Positions 24,632 through 38,000 of a stretch of DNA of 64,000 bases are shown here, one piece after another. Source of the stretch: Camelus dromedarius (taxonomy: Eukaryota); NCBI RefSeq assembly GCF_036321535.1, contig NC_087437.1:103480001-103544000 (forward strand), read 5' to 3'. A program made the position numbers and the translations under genes. Below the pieces are notes generated by a model, which was not told the DNA's origin, did not search any database, and saw nothing but the letters and a program-made list of their open reading frames with translations. Each line of letters opens with the position of its first letter. Position 1 is the stretch's first letter.

Positions 24632-27234
24632 AAGCTAGATTACAAATATAGGGATTTGGGTCTTTTGGTTTCAACATTGATACTGGATTGCAGTAATTTC
24701 ACAAACATTAGAAATACACACAAAAAATCATCCTGCATAAATATGGCAGAGTGCTTAGCTGAGTAGTGCTAAAAATCAAAATCTAACTGGCTAACACATC
24801 AAAGCACTGACAGTACTTAGGATTGATGTGTGGGGAATTTAAGTTAATTGTTAATGTTGACTACTTTAATTAGCTTATTTTTTCATAACTCTAAAACAAG
24901 TAACCATATATCTTCCTGAGTTTAATAATAAAAAATTCTGTAGTGCCTTTTAATTTTATAAACTACATTCATCTGTTCTGTCTCATTTAGTATTCAGAAA
25001 GATCCTGGGTTTTTCTGTGTTGTTTACAAGATCTGTATAAAGCCACCTAGCTACTCAATGATAAACCTTGAGTTTAAGTAATTCAAGTTTTTTGTCCCCA
25101 AGACCCATACTTTTTCCTCTACATAGGGTTGCCCCACATCAGGTGAAAAACAAATAAACAAATAATAAAATAAAGGGAAAATTCTAAAATAATTAATTCT
25201 ATCAAAGGAAAGAAAATATTTTCTTATGCATATAAAAATAAGTAAAAAGCATGCCAATCTCAAATAAAGAAGTTGGTTGCCAGTTTAAATAAAGCATTTA
25301 ATTCATCCTTTGTTTCTGTTAAGAGTTAATTGTCAGTTAATACAAATAGAAGTTAAAGATGTAGTAAAAATGTTTCAGAACTGGGTTATAAAATAACTGT
25401 CTGTTTTTAAAATACAGTAGTTTAAAATGGCTGTGGTAAAACTGTGCCCTATATGTTTTCACTCTCGGGTGAAAGAGATCAAAATCATTAGATGTTGTCA
25501 TATCCCCTGATAAAACCAAGATGACTGTGAAAGTACCCAACACCGCCAGATAAATTGCATAACCCTTCTAGTATCTTATAAACCAAATATAATACAATGT
25601 AAAAATGCTGGTGGTATGACATTCACATTTTTTCCTTTCAATTTCCATTTTTTTTGTTAAACATTTTATTACTAATAAAGTATAAATGTATAATTTAATT
25701 CAAATCATAAGTGCAACAGATTTTAGTAAATGGTAAGAGATTACGTTTCCTAATTGATACTCATTAACTTAGTATAAAGTAAAAGTTACAGTATTTTTGA
25801 GTCATGTAGACATCTTTTTACCACAACCATTAGTGTTGGTTTGTAAAACTACAGCTTTATTCCTCTACTAAAATCTTTTATACTGCATTATATAATATGG
25901 AGTACTCCAGTTTTCCCTGTGGTATAGAATCTTCCACACTTTCAGGTTTTTATAACTTCACTGAGTAAAACTCTCCAAGTTACCAATTTTTTTTAACAAA
26001 AAAATTTTAAGTCTCAATAGCAAATATGCTCGATGGAATAATCAGGCTTTTTAGTAGTTTATTACAGATGTGATATTAATATTAATATTGATTTGTGTAA
26101 TATAATTTTAATCAACACAATATTATATCAATTCCAATCACAATTCCCAAACTTAAGTTTAAGAAAAGTTTTGTCTTGTAGACTTGCCACCAAGGAGATG
26201 AGATCTCAGAAAATAGTTTTTATCTGTGGTCTGAGGGTATTCATCATGAATTCCCTACTAAGGAAATTTATGATCTTGTATTTCAATTTTATATTAAAAG
26301 AAAAAAATTCAGAAAATTATTATTTCACAAACCTAATCACACAGTATTTGCCATATAATCAAATACCTCACATATACAACCTAAGAAAACTTTTCAAATA
26401 TTAATTTTGAAAACGAAACCAGAATGGGCTAGTCAATTCCCAAACAAGTTCAAACACACCTATTAATTTCTATGACTTATTGGAGAGATCCAAAAAGACC
26501 TTCCTACTTGAGCATAGCAGAGGCATTACTGTGACTTTCTTATCTCAGTGGAGAATTAAATGACATGATTCTATCATTGCAGCAATGACAGAGAGTCAAC
26601 TTTGGTGGGGCTTTGGAGACAACTGTTCAATTTTGTAAGTACAACAGTCCTGCCATTGCACACGGCATTGACTTAACTTTCTTACTTGTAAATAGAAACA
26701 GAAAGTTATGATCTAGATAATTAAGTAATATCCCTAAAGGACTTATCTCTGCAGGGAAAAAATAAAGCAGAATAAATGTGTTTAATTATAATTTGGTCAT
26801 GCCTAAACTCTCATAGCCAGCTTATTTATTTTTTTCTTTATTTAACTGTAACTTGCACAAAATTATGGCAAAGAAACATAATGACAATTCCAAATCTTCC
26901 TGGTACACAAAATGATACATTATTTTGGAGAGGTTAACAATTTAGCAATTTAGAAAGATGATCGTATATTTAAAGCAACAATAAATTCAATTATACTACA
27001 AACACATTTTCAAATAAATTCATCCAAGGTATAAAGGGAGCCTCCTTTTCCTTAGTCTTCAGTGAGTTTTCTCTCTTGAGCAGAATGGACTTCCTGCTAA
27101 CGTCCACACATAAGTCAGTCTCGCCAGTACCTGTGCCTCTGAGAAGGCTGGTCATGTCCAGGTGGTGGCCCTAAGACTACGGTCTCTAATATTAGGAGTG
27201 TGTTCAAAGCAAAGTCTTGTCATTTTTCAACGAT

Positions 27235-27415
27235 ATAATCTCAGGCACAGTTAGTTCAACTATCTGATCTTCAGTTTCCTCATTTGTAAAATGGGCTTGA
27301 AAAATATCACACTCATAAGGTTGCTGTGAGAATAAATTAGATAATTCATGTAAAATATTTGAGGTAGCACTTATTACAGAATATGCACTCAATACATAAG
27401 TGTTGTTTATTATTT
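27235..27415 (+). mobile_element. MIR SINE
   Basis: 'cttcagtttcctcatttgtaaaatggg...cataaggttgctgtgagaataaattagataattcatgtaaa'. Confidence 0.85.
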
Positions 27416-28754
27416 CTATTATTTCCCAACTTGTATCTGTATACATCTGGATGTATAAAAATTTAATTCCAAGCATGCTCATTTCTAAACCAGTGTTTCA
27501 CTGTCCACCCATAAACCTGACCCCTCACTTCTGAGGCTTTAGTCTTGCTGTCACTTCTCTCCTTTTCCCTTTCAAAACTCTCAGTGTTATGGCATGACAT
27601 GTTGAAGATTCAAGTCAAATTCATTATTTAATCCAGTCCACTCTTAGGTATACATATGTATTTCCCATTACAATATACTCTACAGTGCTATAAATTAATA
27701 CTTAAACATTAATACCATCACTGGTTGTTTTTCCTTCAGTTTTGTTAATAAATCTAGTGTGCAGATTTGGGCACATAATAGGTACTCAATAAACATGTAT
27801 TGGATAAATACATAGATTACTACTTTAATTAACAACGTTTATTCTAGAGTTACTAGACAGCTAAATCTTTCCCTATTCTGGTCCACTATCATCAATCAAT
27901 GTTGTACAAAGGAAATAATGTGTGAACAGCACCCTGGTGGATATGCCTTTACAAATCAAACAAGGTGGTTAATTGACACAATATTTAAATTAAACTAAGT
28001 GGAGAGTCATCCATAGTCACAGTGGCATAAGAGTTGAAACAATATTGTATCTTAGCACAGTTCTCAATATGTCATGAGAATTCAATTCAATTTAATTTCT
28101 TATTCTGTATATGAGATAAAAAATATTTTTTCTACGTTATGTGTGACCCTGCCAAATACGCTTGGTCTCAACTACATTCTATCTGTTAAACATGATAATT
28201 AAAAAAATTAAATAAAATAAACATAATGATTGAAAGTAGCATTGAATAGTATTAAGTATCTCTTGGGGGTCAAATAGAATAAAATGCTAGAGATATGTTT
28301 ATTCCAGGACTTGGCAACAGTATAAAATGAGCTGTTAAACAATAAAATATGTGATGTATGTTTCCATTAACTCTGGAAAATATTTTTTAATAAGAGTAGT
28401 AAAAACTATACTATCTTGATTATTATAATTATGAGATATTATCCTAAGGAAATTTTAAGAAAGTAAAAATGATGTGGACAAAGATGCTAATTGCTACAGT
28501 ATCAAAATCGTGAAAGGCTGGAAAAATAGCTTCATTTAAATGACTTTTAATAAATTGATAGACTATTACACAGCATTTAAAATTATAACTGACTACTGTT
28601 ATCACATGAAAAATGTTTAAATACAATTTCAAGTAAAACAAAGCAAAATGCAAAATTATGTGTTCTCTCTGATTAAACGTGCTCAGCTTATGTTTTCAAA
28701 AAATAAAGTTCAGAATAATTTTATTTCAAATGTCAAAAAGATTGCCAGATTTCC

Positions 28755-28935
28755 AAGTGCTGACTTTCCCATTTGGAAGATGACTGGGCTGCTGACTCTG
28801 CAAACACTGATGGTTTGAAAAGGGGCATCTGACTCATTCTTCTGCATTACAGTGCGAAGTGGGGAGGGATGACTCAGTTTCTCTTGCTAATAGAATAAAC
28901 AACAGAAATTTCTTTACAAGCAATCAGCTGAAAAT
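28755..28935. promoter_or_regulatory. Candidate AP-1/Maf-CNC enhancer
   Basis: TGCTGACTCTGCA (28790-28802), ATGACTGGGC (28780-28789) and TGACTCA twice (28830-28836, 28870-28876) in apparently non-repeat DNA. This rests on motif evidence only. Confidence 0.4.
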
Positions 28936-29344
28936 CAACTTGTCCAAAGGGTGTGCATCTTTATATTTGGTGGCAAGGAATTCATATTTTTTAGATATTT
29001 GTTTATTCCATCTCTCCAAGGAGTTTAAAGTACTGCAGTAAGATAACAAATGTAATATAATTTTTATGATGTGATCTAAGTAATATTCATATTAAGATGA
29101 TCTTAACTGCACATTGCCAAACAAATCCAGACAAAACAAGAGATATCTTGGAAGCAATGAGTCTTCATAATCAAAGATGTTGGCTATTCATGGTGTACTT
29201 TCTGAAGAAACTGGTCCCTTTTCTGTAGTGTATAACTTAAAATTATCACAGGGAAGCAAAAGCTCTTCAAGAAAAAGAACATTTGTGGGTTTGTAAATTT
29301 AATCATTCCACATTTTTTTTAAATAATAAAACTAGAACTCATAT

Positions 29345-29530
29345 AATAATAACAACTAACCATTCTTAAACCCTTATTTTTGCTAGTCACCAACACTTTT
29401 CATGTGTCATCACATTTAAACTTCACAAGATCTTATTGCAATAGATAATATTTTTATATTTATTTTACTTAGGTGGGATCTGAGGCTTAGAGAGAAGAAA
29501 TGACTTGCATGATATCTCACAGTTTCAGAA
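29345..29530 (-). mobile_element. MIR SINE
   Basis: 'catcacatttaaacttcacaaga...tctgaggcttagagagaagaaatgacttgc'. Confidence 0.75.
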
Positions 29531-30039
29531 AGCAAGATTTTCTTTGTTGAAGCACAGTTTTCTCCAGGAAAACATTGTATTTTGTGGTAACTGTTACTGT
29601 TTATAAAGTTATCTTCTTAATCAACAAAGACTTCTAGGGCTAGATTCAACAGTGCGGTAAAAATGTACTTAGACCAAAGTCATTTACCACTCATAGTGAT
29701 ATATGACATCTGTCTCAAAATTCTTAAGAAAAATACTGGAATTCAAATGTACAATTACTAATGTCTTACTTGTTTTATTTTTTAAAAAGTATTCTCTGTG
29801 AAAATGGTTATTCTTTTAGATTTGTATGTCTTGGGTCTGTATAAAATCTTTGCTGAAATGGGAGGATAAATTTAGAACATTGCAATCTTTTTCATTATGC
29901 TGATTTCTTCTTTTCCTGCAGAATACCTAAACTTGTAAAACTGGGAGAAGTCAAGTTAATGGCAGCCTCCCCTGCTACCATAGCTAAGAAGAAGTGTATG
30001 AACTGGGATTTGAACTCACTGATGTTTGATTTGAAGTGT

Positions 30040-30058
30040 GTGCTCCACCTAGTGGTGA
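30040..30058 (-). promoter_or_regulatory. CTCF-like motif
   Basis: Minus strand reads TCACCACTAGGTGGAGCAC, close to the CTCF core CCACYAGRKGGCRC. Confidence 0.5.
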
Positions 30059-33000
30059 TATAAAAGGACAAGATCCATAAAGATACATAAAAAGAAGTCA
30101 TAGCAGCTGTCAGTTGATTCAACTGAAAAGATGGAGTAGTTGCATTGGTCACCAGAGATTGCAAATTTGAGGAGCGGGTGACGAAATCATTCACTTTTAA
30201 AATTAGATGGCAGTGGGGAAACCAATTTTAGCCAAAGCATTAATAGCCTACTATGATCAGGGTTTTAATTAGACCAAGAGATACAGTTTTTTAATTCTGG
30301 GTTTTACGCAGCAAGAACCTGTACTGCACTGAACAGCGCTGTGGGTAAGGATTTAGGGAAACTCGTACATTTATGGATGAGTTATAATGGAATCCACAAA
30401 AAAGAGAACTTCTTCAAGATATAAAGGGAAAAATGAACTTAAGAAGACCCAATTCTGCACACTGCTTGCTTTCTCTCTCAAGGAAAATATAATATCTTGT
30501 TAAGCTGTAAGGTTTGTTCAGATAACCTCTAATATATTGCTTTTTCTACCAGAGTGTAAAGATCGTAAGTCCTTAAGACAAAAAAAAATCTAAAGACTCA
30601 AGACTTATTTTAATATATCATTTTTGGGTAGAATATTCTACTCCCAAGAGTTACAGAACTACATGCCACTGTTAGATGTTTGAGAATGTTATTCTATGAA
30701 GCTAAACTTTTTCACCATATTCTCTTAATTTTGTGATTATGTCATTTTTATTGTAATAAATATGTTTAAAATTTTTTTAAAGGAAGCAACTTATTTATGA
30801 ACCAAGTGAAGGAACATTCTTTCCTTGTTTGGACTTAACATCTGTAGATAGATAATAAGGCTTTTAAAACATCCTAAGCTCTAATTCCATGTGGGTAAAA
30901 ATGAGACATCAGGGATTCAATCCGGCGGTGTAGAAATAAAGGGAAGATCGATTTAAATGTTAAAACTTCTGAAGCCAAGGGACTTTTCCGTTTACTGTAC
31001 TTTTATTTCCCCAAGGTTATATTCATCAACCTTCTAATAAAACCTGAAGAAAGCAGAGGAAAAGCCTGAAGCAAGCAGAGGAAACCTGAGGCTTTTCTGT
31101 TCTTGGGTATTTGGGAAGCAGGGAAGGAAAATTAGGAAAATCAACAACAACCAAATGCCACAGAAAGAGCTGAAAATTGAAATCACGGAGCAGATATAGA
31201 GTATATTACAGCAGGACCCATGCATTAAGTAAGTTAGTCAATCATGAGGCACACAGAAGTTTTAACTAGGAACCTGAAGTTCCGTTTTAATTAAGTGTTG
31301 GGAGATTTCTGCCTTTTTGTGTTACAAATGGAGAAGAACGTGGCAAGAGTGCAGAGACCTGCATTTTCAAGGCTAGCTCTGCCTTTAGCCAACACCCAAA
31401 CCACACGGCTGGTCTTAGTAGTAGCCAAGGTATCCAGGCCTCTTCACTTTCTTTGCGATGAATTCCCACCAAGCAATAATCACCTGAGAATGAAGACCTC
31501 AGGCATAGTGGGAAAATGGTAAGATAACATGACAGAAATCAAGATACACAAGGTAAGGAATCCAAACAGGGAAGACATTAGTCATCGAAAAGTGGGAAAA
31601 TGAAAGCAAAGTCTTGAACAATGAGTAAATAATGAGGTAAGGATAAAGTGAAATAGAACGAATAAAACTGTGTGATGCCTCTCTTAACAGATACAGAGAT
31701 ACACAGGCATTTTGGAAGAGAAAGTGATCGTTATAAGCCTTTGTACATTTCTTGAGGGAGCAAATGAACTAAAACATTTGGAATTGAATGTATATTAGAA
31801 AAGGAAGTAGGGGTTCTGCTGTTATGTTATTAACTTGATCAATACACATAACCAAACGGACAATTTAGCACCACCTTCTCCCTCAATTCACTTCAGTGCC
31901 TGTAATCTCCTATTGATTGTCGGCTAACCAAATAATTACAAAGCCCCACTTCTCTGTCTATTGAGTAAACATAATGTCAGTAGCAACCTTGACTTATTTA
32001 AAATGGATAAAAGATGTACCTAATAAATGGCAAACAGGCAGAGTATAATCCATTTAAGAATTCAGATTATCTCTTTAATTATCTAAATAGAATTATATCA
32101 TCAAGACTAAGTATCATAATAATGCAATCAATAAAATGTTTGAATTAGCAATGTTTACTGCATCACAATCTACTCCTGTTGGGACATTTTTATAGAAATG
32201 AATAAAATCATATTGCTGCTCAATCTATCTGTGAAGGCTTAAAATACTGTAAATAAATAAACATGTGTTCACATATAAGATAAAGTTTAAAAACATGTAA
32301 GTTGAATACAGTATTTAAAAATAACAAATTTGTCATTATACTTTAAAAACAAAAGTATGCAAAAATGCTTACTGTAACTTAGATAACATGCCAGCTTCTT
32401 AGTAATGTGTTTCGATAATACAGTATAAAACTTGATGGAATAAACCTGGGGATGAGTAAGGATAAATGTTGCAGCTTAATGTCCATGCTTTTCCCCCTTT
32501 GGCTGCCCTCTGATCTAATTTCTGAAAGAGTTTGTGTAAGATTGGAATTATCAATTCTATGAATATTAAGTAAAACTCAATTGCAACACATCTGAATGTG
32601 ACTTTTTTTCCTTCTCAATGGAATATTTGAAATTACAGATTTAATACTTTTAAATTGTCAGAATGTTTACATTACTTAATACTGGGTCTGATTTTGGTGG
32701 AGTTTTAATTTTCTAAGAATCTATGTATTTCATCTCTGTTTTCAAATATAATGTATAAAGTTTATACCATGTCTGCTATATTTTAAATCTCTGCTGTACT
32801 CACTACTTTTAAATAATTTATATGTGCTATTTTCTTCTTACTTAGTAATTATCTAGAGATTAGTATTTATGCCAGTTTTTCAAATAATCAAATTTTAATG
32901 TTTTACAATTCTCCTTGCTTTCTTTTAATTCATTTGTGTTTCTCCTCTTAATATCCAATCCCCCTTTTTTAGGTTTTTAGCTTGTTGTTCTTTTTCCCTT

Positions 33001-33609
33001 TCTTCTTTTGACCATTTACTTGGATCCTTTTCTAACCTTTTCCATTTAGTTATCTAATTCATTCATTTTAATTCATTCCTCTCTAAATGAAATCTTTAAG
33101 TAAATTTTTTGCTAAGTACACATGGGCTCCATCTCCTGTGGTTTGACAGATGTATTTTTTTAATGCTAGTTCTAAGTAATGTCTAATTTTCATTGTGAAT
33201 TTTTCTTTAAATCATAAATTAGTTGAAGTGCAGTAAAAAATCTCAACCTATTTGGTTTAGTTAATTATATTTTTGTAGATTTTTAAATGTATTGTAAATT
33301 TTATTATAGACAGGATTATTTGAACTCTGTTTAGCTTTGCTCCATGGCCTCCTGTACATGAATTTTGGGTAGTTTCCTGTTTGCTGAGCAAGAATATGAA
33401 TGCTTCTATATTCTACAAACGTCCAAACTGTTTAACTGTGGTATTCAAGTATTTCATTTCTATTTTTTTTTTCCTGTTGGATCTAACGATTACTTAGAGA
33501 AATATATTAAAATATCTGCACATAATGGAGAACTTATTGATTTTCCCTTGTAGTTGCTTTATATAATTATAGTAGATTGGATGCATTAGTAACCATGATT
33601 CTTCACGTC

Positions 33610-33990
33610 TCCCCGAGTCCACCCTTTGTTGTTTGCCTCATAGTGTCTCAGAGTGTCCTCGACTTGACGCTGCCCTTTGCCTTCTTTGATCAATGGAGGC
33701 TTAGCAAACATGACATGAACTTGAACGGTACTTAGTCAACGGTGTTTGTTTTTTGCCATGTGCCGATTAACATGAGATCATGCCCTGGCCAGTCTTTTGG
33801 AGACATAGTAGCAAGACCATCCAGACTAGCTGGCAATTAGTTGATGATGAGTTATATAAGTCAACCTATTTGAGACCAGAAAAACTACATAACCAAGCCA
33901 AGCTTAAACAGCTGTCTTAGAGACTCATTAGTTAAATATGTGTGTATTTTTGACTGCCTTTATTATTGTGTGTTTGGGTATTATTTATTG
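33610..33990 (+). mobile_element. Old MaLR LTR (MLT1H/I-like) inside L1
   Basis: 'ttctttgatcaatggaggcttagcaaacatgaca' and 'gagaccagaaaaactacataaccaagccaagcttaaac'. Confidence 0.55.
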
Positions 33991-34865
33991 CTTAAAGAGC
34001 TTTTTTTTAAAGAGAAATAATACAATGTTTTAAGCTTTAACTTAAAATACAATATTTTAAGCTTTATAACCATACATTCTACTATTTCAGTGGGGATTGA
34101 TAACGTTTCATTATTGTATAAAGACTCTTCAAGAAAAGTAATATGTTTGACTTTTTTTCTTTTACATGGATAGTTGCTTGTTAAAATCTTTAGTCTTTTT
34201 TATGTTTAACTTTTCTTCATTTTTATGTTTTGTGTGACTCTTTTATACATAATACAGTAGAGAGGATAGTGACTTTCACAGTCAATAGAAATTCTTATGG
34301 TTGCTGTTGCCTTACTGGTGCCACTGGTGATAGGAAGAAACCCATGCACATAACTTGGAGAGTAAAACCAAAGTTAGAGGCCTCTTACCCACTTTGATTT
34401 AATTTTATATCTTATTTTCAAGGAATCACAAAATATCAAAATCCTTTTTAGCATTTTCCCTGTTTGATAAGCTAACATCGGACTCCACATTAATGTTAAG
34501 TACTATGCCGGAGGACTGAGTCTATGTAAAGGAATTCCAGCATAATACAGTAGGTTCCATGCCAACACGTGGGCTAGGTAGGCCATTTAAAGTTATCTCA
34601 TGCAGTCCCATGGCTGAATATTGCAGTGGAATACCTTAGATACTCAACTTTTATTATAAGTCTGCCCTGCACTCGGAGCTTGAGTCAAGAGGACCATTAA
34701 CCACAACCACATCAGACCCACTACCACCAAAAAACGTGCATGGCTCTTCAGCACATCAAGGACACCACCTGAGACTGAAGAAGCTTTGAAAGGCACATGT
34801 ATGTTGCCACCACCCTCAGGTAGCTTTAGCCTGGAGGAAAGAGTTGGTTACCCTGGATCCATTAG

Positions 34866-35056
34866 CAGGGCAGGGTAGTGTAAAGGAAGTGAGGCATGAG
34901 CATTGGGGGCAAAATTTAAGAGGATGCCAAAAAATTTAGACAAATTATTTAACTCGATAAATAATACTTTAATGCCACATACTTTTTAAAAAATCAAAAT
35001 TAATACAAAAATCCACGATGAAGAAAAAAATATAAATTTTAAATAAAGACAGGATC
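34866..35056. mobile_element. MER96B-like hAT-Tip100 fragment
   Basis: 'gcaaaatttaagaggatgccaaaaaa...aaaaatcaaaattaatacaaaaatccacgatgaa...taaataaagacaggatc'. Confidence 0.72.
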
Positions 35057-38000
35057 TGAAAATGCTATGAACTCCCAGAGTTCTCACCTTTCCTGCCAAA
35101 ATATCACAAGATCCTTCCTCAACTCTTGCCTGGAGAGCAATTTTTGGAGTGGGTGCTAGGTTCTTTTCATGTATAAATAAAAAACTGAAAATTTTATGTT
35201 AAGACTATGAAGTTTGGATGTTCCCTAGTCTCTGGAAGAAGGATGGCTGTATTTTTGAAAACTTGGTTTGAAATTCTTTGACTCTGGAATGTTTCCCTCA
35301 CAATCATAGCTGAATTTTCTCTTTGTTTACATTCTGAAAATCTTTTTTCTTTTGACTACTGCATTTAGTTTGTTTATTGTGATTTCTGATTTTTTTTTTT
35401 ACTTTTCAAGTTTACTCTGTTAACTTTTATTGTGATTACTGCTCTGTTTAGTCTTATTTTGAACATCATATTTGTCTTCTTGTGTCTTCATTTTGTCTTG
35501 TATTTTAACGTACTTAGTTATCTTAAGACAGTCTAAATTTAAGTTATTTCATTAACTCCCTTAAATAATCCATGGTTTTAAAACTTATTTAGTCTCCAAA
35601 TTTCCTTGTAATTTATTTTATCTTTTTAAATAAGCAAAATGATGATATCTGTCTTTTTTGGCGTACACTTGCATCTTGGGTCTATCTTTTAGGTCAATAA
35701 TTTCCTCTTAAATAATATTTAATATGCTGATGAACCAATCCACTACAGCTTGGCTTTTTAGTTTTATAGTTATTCCTTCAAAAATTCTATTGTTATTTAT
35801 TTTAGAAATTGTTGCTTTATTTCTTGTATGTTCTACTTCTTTCTGCATAAGTTCAGGCCTTATAATTATCCTTTAAAATTAATTAAATGTTTATTTTACA
35901 TTTTGTTTCTAATAAGTCTGAATTCTAAAAGCTTCATAGCTTTAATTCTCATGTCTGCCACATCTTCTGGTGATTAAGGTACGACATTTCTTTGTGTTTC
36001 ATTGGTAATTTTTAAACTCATGTTGATTATTTTTTTCTTATCTACTTTTGGCATTTACTTGAAGCCTGCATTAAAATAGAATAGAATTTGTGTTTCTGCC
36101 TGTTGCCAGAGGTATTGTCAACCACGTAACATTTTAGTTCTTCAGCTGGTATTTTCAAATCTGCAAAGTAGAATAAAATCAGTTCAAAAATCTGTGTAGG
36201 GCTAGCTTACAGTTTCTGAGAAGATATATATTTTTTTTCAGCCTCGTAGTAAGGTCAAGATTTTTTTTGCGACTCTCCTTTGTTTCGTAGATACATTCAC
36301 ACAAGTTGGTGGTATATTCCTTTGGTACCCCACTGTATACGAGTTGCTTTTTTAGAGTTCCTTTGGCATTTCCTAGGCATTCTTGGGTGTTCCCTTTTCA
36401 TACCTGCTCTGCACAGGCTATATTTCACCAGGGTTTGCCAAAAGCCACAGGCAGAACATTTCCTTTGGGAGTTCCTTACCTTCTGTGGATCCTGCTTTTG
36501 CTGTATTATTGGCCTCAGAGAATACCTTACTTTAAAAAAAATCAGTAGTTTATTTCAAGTATTATTTTAAAATATTTTATCTTACCATTAAGTTATTTTT
36601 TAAAATTTGCTTTCAATCAAGCGCTCCTAAAATATTTCATATCATGGCATTCATAGAATATGCTAAAATTATATGACATATTGAAAAAAGAAAGTTCTTG
36701 ATGTTGGTGGCAACTAGCTTAATATTTCGAGTCTTGTTCAGCTAAGTAGGTGACCAGGGGGATAAATATTTTTGCAGACGTTGAACTCTTTTGGGCACAC
36801 TTGTAACTCATTTGTGGAAAACCAGGTTATAATAGCAACACATGAAGATTTTTTTGTTTAGTATAATTTGTCCACCACATTGTTGTAACATGTAGAAGTA
36901 TTCTCGACTTCAATTGGGAAAACTCCTGCCTGCAACTAAAAATGTTTCTACTGAAAAATTCTCAACCTGTTCCAAAACTTGTACTCAGGAACTAATATCT
37001 TGAATAACATACCAAGTCATGATAAATGAAAAAAAACCCCACATTTTGTTGATATCACATATTAAATATACAAAAAACAAAAATGAAAAACCTCTTGTAA
37101 AAAAGTGACATATGAAATCTATGGAACATGAGCTTTGCCTCATCCATTTATCAAAGTCTAGTTGTTTTCTACTTACAGAGAGATAACTCTGTTGTCTCCC
37201 AAGGGTATATAAGCAAAGCACTATCTAACATCAGATGAAAAATAAATGCACCTATTCAAGTGAAAAATTATGGCAAGGGCATTTGTTATTTATGACACTG
37301 ATTACTTCATGAATTTGCTGCTTTGTTTTCAATCTAAAAATGACAAACAAGGGCCAGAGTGCCTTTCTATATAAGCACATCTGTGTATGTAAATCATAAT
37401 GGAATTCAGAGACTTTCATGTGGGTAATTCAGGCCAAAAGTGTCATTTCACCTGAAATGAAGGTAAATAAAAAGTAAAACAAAAACAAAAACAAAAACAA
37501 AAACAGAATTTTATCATATAACTTATTATTTTGGTCTTTGAACTTATAAATAAAGGTATGTAGCTAACTGAAAAATCTGGTATCTGTGCTTTCAGAAATG
37601 TTATGTAATTCAGTCTTCTCTCTTCCTCTCTCTTACATGCACATACACACAAATGCACTTACACACATACACACATGCATGTGTACACACTTGGAATTTG
37701 GTATCTGTATGAGAACACTGAGGCTCAGAAAGATAACTGCATGAAATCACATAACCAAAATACACTGCTGAATTTTATGACCATTTCTGATGGATTACAA
37801 GGACATATTCATCTTATTATATCACATTATATCATTAAAATGGAAATTTTACACTGGATGGTGGTATGTTACATTATCACGTAAGGAGTTCTCAAAAGGA
37901 AATGTATTTGATGATGTATAAAAATAATTATCATGAAACCTTTTATTAACATGTCGTCAATCTTTAGGTATTAGTACAAGATTTAAATAAGGCTATACCA

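Larger units (their letters stand above)
32480..36600 (-). mobile_element. Highly decayed old L1 (L1ME-like) fragments with later insertions
   Basis: Long T-rich tracts with antisense ORF2-like phrases ('gtaagattggaattatc', 'gagaaatatattaaaatatctgcacataatgg') and an ORF1/5'UTR-like part near 35700-36600. The span is discontinuous. Confidence 0.55.

Noticed and set aside
31041..31092. About 22-bp diverged tandem repeats; similar short repeats at 43865-43927 and 47478-47516
   Set aside because: These are two- to three-copy slippage products without unique spacers, so they are not a CRISPR-like or functional array.
34747..34768. TTCAGCAC...GGACACC resembling a REST/RE1 site
   Set aside because: The half-site spacing is wrong and both halves carry mismatches.
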